Source: Haliotis rubra (Eukaryota). Taken from it: 64,000 nt of DNA. A model generated the notes under the pieces. It was given only the letters and a program-made list of their open reading frames with translations, was not told the origin of the DNA and made no database searches. Position numbers and translations under genes: made by a program. The DNA is taken from assembly GCF_003918875.1 (NCBI RefSeq), contig NW_025767412.1, positions 2,790,001 to 2,854,000 of the forward strand, read 5' to 3'. Shown here piece after piece: positions 39,816-52,074 of this stretch (positions are counted from its first letter, which is position 1; each line of letters starts with the position of its first letter).

Positions 39816-42657
39816 ATAGGAAATGCATCAGACAACCGCACAACTGGGAAAGCTTTCTCTCCACACACAAATCTCAACAGCCCAGACAATAAACAAATTA
39901 GATCTTCAACTTTCCGAGTAAATTTATACGTTTTGTTAAAATGGTCATAATTTCAAGTCATAAAACGACTCGGAAGCCACTTTTCAAACTTACATGCCCC
40001 CGTCATATGAGAGAGATCCTCACGGTTCATGATCATTATAGTCAAATTACATCAGTTGGTGCAAGTTAATGTCGCTGATTCTACAGCGGGCTCTATGTCA
40101 TTTCCTGACTCTCTATTACCATATATAGATACAATGCCCCGTTTCATTCATACAACTGTTTATAGATAATGATCAACATCCGAAATATAGTACTACAACT
40201 CCATAAAAGGAAACTGTCAGTTACCCATCACACGAACGTGAGAACAGTAGCTCGCGGCGGGCATGATCGGGGAAAAATGGCAATCATTTAATATTTGACA
40301 TTTTAATATTCCTCAAAAGAACAACATAGTTATTGATAGAATTGGTTTTGTCCGGACGTGGCTCAACAGGGCTAAATCTGTCTCTTCTGTTTCCACATCT
40401 AAACGCCGAAATAAAGATACGCGTTACATAACTCTTATTTATCCGTCTTAAGTCTTACATGTGGTACACTGACGCCGTGCAAGTCGTAAAAGCAAAGCAC
40501 CACTCAATTCATCCAATGAACAGTTGAATTCCTAATTGCATCGGTGTTTCTAGTGTCTAATACATAATCTGTAGTCTATCGGCATGATTTTATTTTTTGA
40601 ATAATTTTATTAATAATTCGAGGGGACATTTATAGTGTGTTAAGGACTTCACTCTGACTCCATCTCGACACAGGTTGATGTACACATGTGAATCTTTGTT
40701 ATCCGATATGGTTTTCGTTTCGTTTTATCAGATATATCGTTGTTAACTTGTTTTGTTATCGTCTCCAACTTGCTTCATCAACTGAGGATGAGCCAGAACA
40801 GACTCCACTTCCGATCCACTGTTTGAACCAGATTACCATAGTTAATTATTGTGACGATGCCTATCATATTAGCGTAATCTAAGCACTTGCCCAACAAATG
40901 GCGGAAAAAGGCGCAGTTCGTCAACACCTGTGATATTAATTCCGACAAAACCATCGTTACTTCCATGTCATAAAATCTGTTAAAAGTCACCGGAAGTAGA
41001 AAAAAGAAACTTAAAACAAATATACTTGATCTTCGCTTATCAAGGAACAAATGTTCTTGTGTGAGATGGAACTTAATAACTGACGGGTTGTTTTTTTCTA
41101 TAGCTTCAATACTTTTGGAAACCATTAAACTAATACAAAATCACTTTAAGAGTAAAATGCGTGTTTTTTCTGTAATAAAAGCGTGTCCGTTGGTGTTTGA
41201 TTAATTTGTTAGTCTGCAGATGCGCTGTATGTCGATGATAAGCTTAACCACAGTTTCCGGAAAACACAAGTGGGATTAGACCATAGAGATCGGGTTTCTG
41301 ATATGCCTCACGTGCTCAGCGGACTTTAACATACCCGCTGCTGTAGGCGTTCGTTTACACCAGACCTCGTTATTTCGTCGTTATTTTTTAAAAACTTCAA
41401 ACTAATGTCTTTCAGATGAATGTGTTGTAAAACTAAATCAATTTGACCGTATATTTAATATTTGTTATACATGTGGTGTATTTGTAAGCACTTCACTGCT
41501 TAGACTTAATAAAATGTTATATTGAATTATTGAATTATTATGACAAATATTGACGGAAGATGGGACGTGTAATGACCCTTAACGTGCCGTGGACTTTGCA
41601 CTCTTAAATACTCTGAATTGGTCTGTCTTTCCGCCAGAGTAAACTGTTTCCATATAAAGACAAACTATAGACCATATTGACTTAATTGCCCAATTTCCAA
41701 CTCTAAATATACACCAAAGTTCACTATTTAATATAATGATACTTCTGTACCCACCTGTTCCAAAGTTCACTAAAAAGTATTTCAAGGAAGTAAGTAAATT
41801 TTCATGATTACAATAGACGATAAAATCCATTGAAAGAACATTTACATGAAATTAGGAAACTGCAATAAATATATTTTAATGTGTTGATATGTTGAACATT
41901 GAAATTTCAGATTATTCCAGTCAAGCGCGAATTATTCCATATATGATACTGTATATATTGGATGATAGATATGACTATAGTATGATTTTGTCTTTATATA
42001 TGTGTATGTACAGACTTTACGGCATATAAACTGGTAAACACGGGTTAAAGAGTCCCATGATCACCATGAGCTAACACACAGACGCCCGGGGCGCGATCTT
42101 AACATTTGAATGTGTTTCATACTCGAACGAAACTACTTTTATTGTGATTATCAATATTTTGACAGCTCGTGGATTTCTGCTAAAGGCTGCTGGTATGTTT
42201 AACTCTGTGCGTCCCTTCCTTCCTAAGAAGCCTTATTCTGTATCCTCCCCCTTTTCCGGTTGAGTACTTGAAATCCTCAATTTGGTATATTTAGGTATTT
42301 GATTAAATAATTGACTGTCGTATGGAGGTTAATACTACCACGCTCCTGCCATCGCTACTCCCAGATTAATATAGACAATGGAAATCATCATACGCTTCCA
42401 TGTTATGTCTATCTAAAAATAAAACGTAATTTGATTTACCTTTGTTTTAATAGTTTCTGACGAATCATGAAATCGCCGGAATCCATTAATTACTTCCGAT
42501 TGTTATGGGGTACGAGATATCTGCATCCCGCATTGAAACACCGCCCATGTAAACAGTGTTTGCTGAATTAAGAAACGTATCTGAGATTGGGGTCCAAACT
42601 ACCTAAAAACCGAGATAATAAACGGTATAATTCGGGTATATGGTGACTTGCCGTTCA

Positions 42658-42814
42658 CATTGGCCAAAATGAGAAAAGCGAAGCGAGCTGATTGGCAAAC
42701 CCCTCGAGTTTGATTGACACTTGGCTCCGCCCCCCCAACGTATAAATATGGAGTTGACACAGAAAGCCGCTTCACATCCACTGCGACTTTCTAGCCTCAA
42801 CCCAGCTGTAAAAA
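42658..42814 (+). promoter_or_regulatory. Likely CYP core promoter and short non-coding exon 1 (~42772-42814)
   Basis: Reverse CCAAT box CTGATTGGC (42688), TGATTGACAC (42711), GC box CCGCCCCC (42727), TATAAATA (42741), pyrimidine-rich Inr-like TTCACAT (~42771), donor AAAA|GTAAGT (42815). A matching acceptor ttttgtttatttcAG at 44546 precedes an ATG-free 143-nt leader. Confidence 0.65.
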
Positions 42815-44689
42815 GTAAGTATATTACTTAATCCGTGTAGTTGGGCTTTGACAATGGTACTATTTCGTACGTTTGTCTACCATGGACTATCTCTGGGCGA
42901 TTGGGACACAGTTTACTCGTTTTTACTCTACAGCGAAACACGTCGGCTAGTAACCTGTTCATTGTACACACGTGTTCTCGGGTTTCGCTTTGACAGTTGT
43001 GTTACAGGGAGAATGTCATCGTTTAAAACTATTATCCTAGCTCGTAACATGTGTGTGGCAATTTAATCAATTTAGATCTCTGGATGTGGCAAATTGTTAG
43101 TGTCATCTTCTGTGATTCAGTGATAGCCAGTCGGACGGTCCGATCGAAGTGCTTTCATTCATATATCTGTTGACAAGCACGTTCTCCGGTGTATAGCGTA
43201 TTTCATGCGGTTGCGTATTCCTTGTGGGCTTTCCGGCGCGGACACACGCTAGAGCTATGTTTATACCATGATGTAAAGGTGTAACGGTATTTCTTGTAAT
43301 TGTGTACACACAAAGAGTCTGAGTGTGTAATACCGCTCGACCAGCTGAAGGATCCGGTAATAACTGGGTGGTCATTTCGCGGGGTATTTTGAAATTGTAC
43401 AAATTTATCGTCTGTTACTGCAGATGTCGTCTGCTCCACGTGCTACATGTCGTCTGCTACATCGTTGTCAGCTCAATAAGGTTGTCAGTTTTCTGTGAGT
43501 CATGGCTCGTAGACACTGTCACCTATCTCAGGTGTACTTCCGTCTACGCCGGCGGGACGAAGCGCTTGCTTTCAAGGTCCTGTCATTTGAAGAAAAAAAG
43601 AAAGTTGATATCATAAATGTCATTTCCTTTCCTGTTATACAATGTTAGCGCGATTTGTTAGAGGCCAGTTTCTACCGTTACAATCAGGGCCCCCTATATG
43701 TGTCGCAGTGCCTGTAACGGACGTCTTACCCCGCACGGTTAACATAATCAATGCGTTCCGTTTCATATGTCAACTTTGGCCCAGGTTTTCTTGGAGACCT
43801 AGAATAAACCACGGGCTTCCCAATGAGTGGAATCCTATTTCGGCTGTTTATGTCAGCACGTTGATGAGTAAAACGCTGGTGAGACACTATTTATGAATTG
43901 TGTGCATGTTGTGTCAGATCGATATATACTAGGAGTGATCATATAGGCTCTCCACCCACATACGGTATTCTACAGCAGATATCGGCTCTCGACGTCAACA
44001 CTTGTCCTGATAAGCAGTATCAGGCGTGATTCGCGTACTAGATGAGAAACTGTTTCCTCGCGCTGTAGTCAATGTTGCCGTATTCACGGCTCTTTTAACA
44101 GGTGGTACAAAGTTGCCATGTACTCGCTCGGGCACCTGTTCAGCACCTGCTAGGCAAGGCGCTCGTATTCGTGTGGACACACGGAAATTAAAAATTTCGC
44201 CGCCGTTTGTCTATCGCTACTCAGTAATAAACACATAATTACTCTTTTATTATGACCTAACAAGTTTAATATATAAGTTGAAAGCCGGCCATACTCTCGG
44301 CCAGTATGACGCATTGTCGGGTATCAGATGACATAGTATATATCAGGATAGTCACAGGTGCTGTCTCAAATGTCTATTCCAAGCACACATCTTTGAAAAT
44401 AGATTTCCTTTACGTGAACTGTTTAATATGGGAGCCAGTCTGATGATCTGTCTCAAAAGTCACCTGACAAGCTTAATTTTGCAATGTCATCGCTTCTCTA
44501 TAATCTATAACATCAAAACATACTCATCCCGTTTTGTTTATTTCAGCGTGTATTTACCTCTCTGGAGTACGTACCGACTACTGAACATACGGACTCACGG
44601 ATCGTCCTGTGACAGTTACTGCTTCTACTACTTGTGACTTGCAACACTGAGTTTCCATACCGCATCTTTGTATAAAAGAGATAGACGCA

Positions 44690-44769
44690 ATGGCCGCATT
44701 ATCGGTATACCTGGCCGCCTTAGTCGTTGGAATGACGGCGGCATACTTCAAATTTCTCTACAGGAGAAG
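44690..44769 (+). CDS. CYP coding exon 1 (ATG, membrane anchor)
   Basis: ATG at 44690, hydrophobic 20-aa stretch, then YRR and donor AG|GTACGT at 44770. The phase-2 join to 45598 gives RRRREGEPP. Confidence 0.88.
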
Positions 44770-47700
44770 GTACGTTGAAATACAGCTTGACATATATGAC
44801 AAATGTTGAATAACGGATTTGGGTTTTATATCATTTTTATTACCCTTTGCCGAATGACTATGTAACTTGAATTGAAATTTATGTTTTTTGATAATTCTTT
44901 AATTTGCGAACATAATTTAATGATTTTTTTACCGTAATTTGGCATTTGTATAGTATTTATTATAACCCACGCGTGATTCACATTTATCCAAACGTCACGT
45001 GCGGTTGAATATTTTTTTAGTAGATAATAAACTGCTTAGCTAGCTGGATGAAACTGCGATATCGTACCTTTATTGTCGGTAGGGGATTTCGCGGCCGGGT
45101 TATACCAGGCAGTTAACGATCGCTTAGACATTGGTCTGTAAATGCATAGTTCGATAATAAATGTAAATTCGGTAAATTTGCAAGTATTTTTCTGATTTAG
45201 TTTATTAATATATGATATGAACTGGATCTAGGACGTAAGGTTAAAGTTAGGTATGCCCTCTCCTCCCCGCGTTTCCCCCCGGCGTCTTGAGCGCTCCGAG
45301 ACAGGGGGCACGGGCCATATACAGTCGCTTCACTCCGGTACGACAGCGCGGCCCGTACCGAACGTTGTAACAACAGCCAGCACATCCCCCTTCACCCCAC
45401 CCCCTCATTGTCTCACGCTCGGCACATATGGAATCGTAAACCCTAACTGCCAAAGATACACTTACATTTTGATTCTATATGAAAGAAGATACGCTTTCAT
45501 ATCGTAGACGTCTTCCTATAGGTTTGGGGGGTTACATCCTGCTAACGTTTCACCGGTTGTTTCAAACGATTGATTTTATGCTTTTTCTACGTTACAGACG
45601 AGAGGGTGAACCTCCCCTGGTTCCCGGCAATTTTCTCCTGGGGTCAGGCGCTGAGTTTGCTCAGCACGCCGTCAAATTCCTCCACAAATGCAAGAAAACG
45701 TACGGGGATATTTTCACCATCCGGCTGCTCAACCAACACGTCACCATTGTCATGGACCCTCATTCATACGAAAACTTGACCAAGGAACGCCGATTTGACT
45801 TCGACCCTATTCAGAGACAGGTGAACCATAATGTATTTAGTTTCGAACTTGTCGATGCACGCAAAATGTTGAGCGAGGCTGGTAAAAAAGTCAATGGGCG
45901 CCACCTCCATGGCGGGATGAAGAATTTCTCGGACAATTTACGGAATGCTTTCGACAAAGTCACCAACTTGGATGTCAACGGTAACGTTGTGAAGACAGTG
46001 GGCGACCAGTGGGGCCACGACGGCCTCAGGACACTTACTTCCAAAACTATCTTCGCAGCTCTATTCTATACCATATTTGGACACGGAGAATCACAGGCTG
46101 AATTCGAGCCCCAAATGTTTCACAAAAGTTTTGACGTTTTCCACAAATACTTCAACTATATGTGGTTAGGCCTTCCCGCCAAACTGTTCCCCAAGGCAAC
46201 CAAAGCCCTACAGGTTCTGTGCCAGCAACCCAGCTCAGAGGATATGCTTATGAGGGAGGGGGTATCGGAGTACATCAAATTCGCCACGGGCTTCATGAAG
46301 GATAACGCTCAGAGCGAGCAGGACATCATCGGCCACAACCTCGTGTTCCTCCACGTCAACTACAACACCTTCCGCCTCGCCTTCTGGTGCCTCTACAAAC
46401 TACTAGAGAACAAGAAAGCTCATGCAGCCCTTGCTGAAGAAATCAGAGAGTTCGTGGAAGACAAACGAGCACTTACCACAGGACAAAAGGTGGAGATTCT
46501 CATGGAGGAATTCGACAAGCTGCCTCTTCTAGGTAAATATAATTTACGCTTAAAAAATTCATTTTATAAACGAATAATCATGGGTGATGTATACTTATTT
46601 TTGAAAATTACACTTGTTTTAATGCATTGTTTTCAATTAAGTTTACCTAAACTGACGAACTTATTTTTGTAATTACAGACAGTTTTATCAAGGAGACCCT
46701 CCGCATCACGAGTGGGGTGTTCATGGTCAGATATATTGCTGAGGATACGGATTTTACCTTGGAATCTGGAGGTACCTACCGCTGTCGACAGGGTGACCGT
46801 GTTGCCATCTACCCACCTGCAATCCATATGGATCCTGAAATCTACGAAGATCCTGAGGTATGTATTACCTTGTCCTCAGTAATTACAGATTAATTCTTCA
46901 AATTTGTATCGTGGTGTATCAAACTTAAAATATTATCTGGGGAAATGCTTGGGGTGCTGCCTTGTCGGGTTTCGTATAGCACGCCCTTAAGGAAATGGAA
47001 TTACATGTTTAGCTTGATTTCGAATAATTTGAAAAGTATTTGGGTCTGTGTAGTTAAACTTTTTGCCTCTTTGAAATTGATTTTAAAGGTAAATAAAGTG
47101 GCGACGAACTATTTAGAAAGAAACTCTTGTTAAAAATAGCCTCAGCTATACTTCCTAGAGTTTGTTATTAAAAAGCGTTTGCTTGCTGAACCAACACGGA
47201 TTTCGAGCATAGGCAGAAATGTTAAAAAAATTACACGAAATTTCTAACTTACCGGAAGTGCCATGCAGGAAAAACGTTATATTGTATTATTGCACGTGAT
47301 ATTGTTTTGGTCCAGCGAGTTTCAGAAGAGGGGAAGTGTTTAAATTCTGAGGGAAAGTCACACAAAACTCAATATTTGCAGCGCGATGTTGATACTCGGT
47401 GTAATTATAGTTGAGCAGCTCCCAACGAACTTTCACCTTAACCAATGTTTTGTTTAGGGATCCGCATTGCCTAGGGGCTTGTTGGGTCGGGGCAGCAGTT
47501 TGATAAACATGAACGCTAGGGGGAAAGGCGAGGGGGGACGAGGAACGCGCATGTGTACAAACCCCGTGTCATGCAAGGCTCTTCTAACAAGTCTTTATGT
47601 CTTTGTCTACAGGAGTTCAAATACGACCGTTTTGTCGATGCCAAATTCTACAAGAATGGCAAAGAGCTGAAGCACCCAATCATCGCCTTCGGATCCCTAT

Positions 47701-47915
47701 GTCCAGGAAAAAAGTATTCCCTTCTTCAAATCAAGTGGTTTTTGCTGAACCTTATCAACAGCTTTGAGATGGAACTCTTAGACGGTGAAAGCACTATCCC
47801 CGATGTGAATTTCTATGGACATGAAATATTGCCTCCCGTGCACGACGTCCAAGTTCGCTACAGGCTTCTGGAAAACTCCCATGAACTCGATTTGGTTTCC
47901 AAGAGATCATGCTAA
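44690..47915 (+). CDS. CYP7A1-like: Cytochrome P450, clan 7 (CYP7A1/CYP8-like); spliced CDS join(44690..44769,45598..46532,46679..46857,47613..47915), 498 aa
   Basis: N-terminal TM anchor MAALSVYLAALVVGMTAAYF; basic/Pro hinge RRRREGEPPLVPG; YGDIFTI; I-helix NYNTFRLAFW; K-helix ETLR; HMDPEIYEDPE-EFKYDRF; heme Cys in FGSLCPG; C-terminal G-x-x-ILPP. All introns are GT-AG with matching phases (2,1,0). Exon lengths 80+935+179+303=1497 nt=499 codons. Confidence 0.93.
45598..46532 (+). CDS. CYP coding exon 2
   Basis: Acceptor ctttttctacgttacAG, open P450 frame (ORF 45479..46672), donor G|GTAAAT at 46533. Confidence 0.93.
46679..46857 (+). CDS. CYP coding exon 3 (K-helix ExxR)
   Basis: Acceptor ttatttttgtaattacAG; encodes DSFIKETLRITSG...HMDPEIYEDPE; donor GAG|GTATGT at 46858. 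Not in the ORF track. Confidence 0.93.
47613..47915 (+). CDS. CYP coding exon 4 (heme-binding region, stop)
   Basis: Acceptor ctttgtctacAG; EFKYDRF...AFGSLCPGKK...ILPP...RSC*. Confidence 0.93.
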   Translation, partial: EFKYDRFVDAKFYKNGKELKHPIIAFGSLCPGKKYSLLQIKWFLLNLINSFEMELLDGESTIPDVNFYGHEILPPVHDVQVRYRLLENSHELDLVSKRSC

Positions 47916-49100
47916 TACCCACAAAGCAATGCGTTATACAAAGACACCTGTATTATATTCCTAATTTATTGAACACTTGTGAGTCAAAAGTATTTTTGTG
48001 AATGAACCGACTGAATGTTCAGCATGAATCTCAGTATGAAGAGCGCCATAGCGCAGGCAATCAACGCGGAGAAAATGTCGCTGAGATTTTTTGACTTTTT
48101 CTACCCTTCTGTCTGCATGAACAAAGACTGTAACAGACAGGCATTGTTGCTGGAGTTGCATTTATTGTACAGTATCTTACGGGTAAAAGTGCAAAAGTGA
48201 AAATGGACAAGGCTGTGGTTGACCAAAGAGACAGCGTCTACCAGAGATGCCTCGTTTTCGAAAATGGACACGTGATGAATGTGCTGGTTGTGTGGCGAGG
48301 ACCAAAGTGGTAAACTATAGCCTATCTAGTCTGCAGTAGTCAGGCGCAGTGATAACCACGCCCTTGTTTTAGCGTGGTAAAGACTTGAGTCCCCATCCCT
48401 CCCCCATCCTATGACTGTACAGACTTACTACATCACATCAGGAATCGAGATGAAGGCTTGTTTCATTGAGTTTGACAAACTATATAAATACCAAAATATG
48501 AATTTGTCACGTAAAAATATTTAATAGTTAATGTATAAAAATACGATATGAAATGCATTGCTAGGAGTCTTGACAAATTGTGTCAAGTTTGTTTATTAAT
48601 TTTCCAATTTGTTACTGTGTTTCATGTTTTTGTTGATGCAATGCGCGACTGCCGATTCCTGAAAATATGAACGAACAAAGCACGTGACTTTCTTGCGTCC
48701 AGATAGTTTCATTACCATATCTTTAATTATCACTTGTTTATTTCATTTTTACATAATCCGCGAAACATTCATTAACATATTTTTATTTATTGAAATTGAT
48801 TATGTTTACCCTATATCAAAACATTCAAAATGTTATACTGATTTTGTGATCACATACGTTGTGGAAATGTTTACAAGTGACAGATGTTAGAACCGATATT
48901 TCGTATATCAACAATAATGTGCATTTTTGAAAATGTTTTTTCTATCGATTTTCATGAACGTTGAACATCCTCTGTCATAATACCATATGTATAATGTAAC
49001 ATGTAATTTATTTTGTATATATATAAATTTATTTATCTTTCGTCTCACTACTTCTTCATCTGGTGCTGAACAATAATAAATAATTTATTGAGAAATGAAT
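47916..49100 (+). terminator. Likely CYP 3' UTR with AU-rich tracts and poly(A) signal AATAAA at 49075-49080
   Basis: AT-rich stretch with several ATTTA pentamers; AATAAA is followed by a U/GU-rich downstream segment. Confidence 0.5.
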
Positions 49101-52074
49101 GCTAATGTTTTTACTTTGAGTGTCATAACGCTTATCATACACGGAGGAGGCCATTACGACGGGCAGTTATTGCTGCCGTCCTTGATCGCGGCGGTAACGC
49201 CAGGTTTTAGCGAGCATGGCGTTTGTGAATATTTATCTTTAAGAGCGTCGCCGTCATTTCTTGTAATAGACATTTGTCATGCGTCTCTCATCTGCATTAT
49301 CTACCTGTAATTACACCTGGGAATGTTTACCAGAACCATATCTACCTGTCCGTGATCAGCTGATAACAATACCTGATACAGTCAGCATATTCCAGCTTAC
49401 GTACAGACAACGGTGGGATTAGCTGGTTAACGCGAACAATTACGACAGATCTACTAGGGTATATCTGGTTGTATTCAACCCTGTAGCAAGACCCGCTGTC
49501 TCGGAGTCGTACGCTGTAGAATAGGATATATTTCTCCGCGCCCGTAAACATCAGGGAATAACGTTTATAATGCTAATAAGAATAATAATAATAGTCTCTT
49601 AGACTAATGTTTACTGCTTTTTTAAATCATGAGAAGATAGCATAAATTAGCTGCCGGTCCATAGTTCTTCATAATATGTGAAACCGTTCCTCAGTAATTG
49701 ACAAATACGTAAATCAACAGCACATCTGAAATTTGTATTATTCTGTGCGTTCCAAAAATATATCTAGAACTAGTGTAAAATTCCCAGTATTTATGTTTCT
49801 ACTAGTGGAGCTGAAGGCCCGTTTTTTGTTGGGAACGTACGTTCTTGATACGTTTGTATTGCCTTGAATTGTCACGCGTGTCAATGTTTAGTTAATTCAG
49901 AAAATACGCTTTACTGTTCTGTACTGGAATGGAGTAATTTAAATGTTTGGAATATTCATGCGATCACTTCGGTATCCCAAATTTAGATTTTATAAAATTC
50001 AATAACGCGCATGTTTTAAAGATAAGTGTCACTTATAAGATGACTAGTACTGTGCCTCGTAAATGTCACGCTTTGGGAGAAATTCTCACAATTTAATCAA
50101 CTTAACAATCCCTAATAATTTGCAGTACACCTATCGCTGAACGTATGTTTAATCCATTTGTCACATTTGTTGAAACATAAATTATACGTAAGTAAAAACT
50201 ATCAATTTCAGAAAACGAGGGCAAAAATATAACTTTCGATTAAAACATTTTCTTCACCCAACTGTCAAATGCCGAGGTTGGCTGAGGATGCTGTTTGGTC
50301 CATGTACTCGGCATAATTAAGAAAAGTAGGCAAAGAAAGTTATATTTATATAATAGAGAATACAACTCCGTATATTTCAACACATGCATGTCTAGTTGTA
50401 AGGGCAGTATGAGTCATAAAGGCACATTTAGGTAGCCGTTTGACCAAGTCGGTGACCCAGGATGATCCTTCCAGGGACGTAGACAATGTCGGCAGAAAAC
50501 ACGATAAACAATCATCGGGATCACTGATTTTCTCCAGAAGTTGGTAAAATCGGCCTTTTCAATCACGTTATATATTCTGGTGTACTTGAAGATGCCAGAC
50601 AACACTCTTGGGTAATAGGGGGAAATAAATCAGTTTTATTATCATCCACTTCAGTATGTGTGATAATTTTAACATATTTTAATTTGACATTTCCTACGGG
50701 TTTTTATCATACTTCATCCTTCTCTATAAAGAAATACCATCAACAAAGAAATATATACGGTTAAGTTAAAACTGTTAAGAAATTACAAATCGGAGTTTGT
50801 TACTCTACTTTACTTGTTGTCATGCACGGTCAGAGAGGCAGCACCAAGAATATTCTTCTTTCAACGTAATGTTTATGCAATTTGTACAGTTTCTATTTGC
50901 ACTCGGCGTCAGCGTTGACAAACCTGTGGCGGAACAGCACCCTGTAACGACGACTACATTTCCACACGGTAGAGGGCGTGGTTCAAGATAAACATCACAC
51001 ACACTTCATATTCCAACTAATGCAAGGCTATCAAAAGAAGGACATAAAAACACGATTCTTAATTCTTTTGAATGAAGTAATAGGCTTAGAAATGTTTCAA
51101 ATGAAATCGGATTTGGATTTAATATAAAAATAGGAAGCTGATAATTCTGAGAGTTATAATCCTGCAAGTGGAAGAAATGAAGGATGTTTTTTATATGAAT
51201 GGCAGCCAGTGCCCGCCTCTTTCTCTACCACAGAACGGGCAACGCAGTCCGCCGAATGGATTAACTAAAATAACGATTGAACTACAAAGCCGACTTTGAT
51301 ATTGTTCAGGAAATGTCTAACTGAGCGATATTGAAAAATATTAATTTCCTGAAATGTACATGGTAAGATTGATATACTGGTGAAACAAACGGCCTGTTCA
51401 TTTCAAGAGAGGCCCCTACACTAATTCCCACTTTAGCGCACAAAGGACGCCTCGACAACGCGCGAAGCTATTGGCTTCTATTGTATGTGGCGGGCGAACG
51501 GCCGCTGTATTGGCTTAAATTCAGAGTTGTGTCGCTTACTGCTTTCCTATATGAGTTAAGATTAACGGTGGCTGTCTGTGTACCTAACACAATGTTCTTT
51601 TCTATAACGAGGAACGGTCTCACAGGAACTGATGCGATTAAGGTTTGTGTGGTCACGTGATGCGACCCCCTGCACTGTTGGGACAAAAGGGAGAAAGTTT
51701 ATTTCTCGATTTTATGCAACATTTGGGAACTGATTTGGTTTTGAAACAGTTTATTTGATCACAGGTCTTAAAACGTTTTAAAGCCCATTATGCTAAATGT
51801 TTAAATATTCCCTGATTGAACATCACGTGAGAACTGCTTTTCGCTGCGAAATTATTCATTTTGAGAACCTTTCCATTATTTCACATAATCTGCTACAGTC
51901 AACATCATGTTTATACGAAATATTGTGTTTTTTATTTTTCTAAAGCAGAAAGTGAAATGTGTCAGCAGAATATTTGATGATTCCATCCATCGGGTTCTTC
52001 AATGTTGTATATGATTAGAAACAGTTACATAATAGCTGGACACATTCACGTTGGATCATATTTTCGACCTTCCA

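Noticed and set aside
44671-44677. TATAAAA as the CYP TATA box
   Set aside because: It is only 19 nt before the ATG, so transcription would start inside the CDS.
45479-46672. 397-aa ORF as a stand-alone protein
   Set aside because: The first 40 and last 46 residues are intronic read-through; the exon is 45598-46532.
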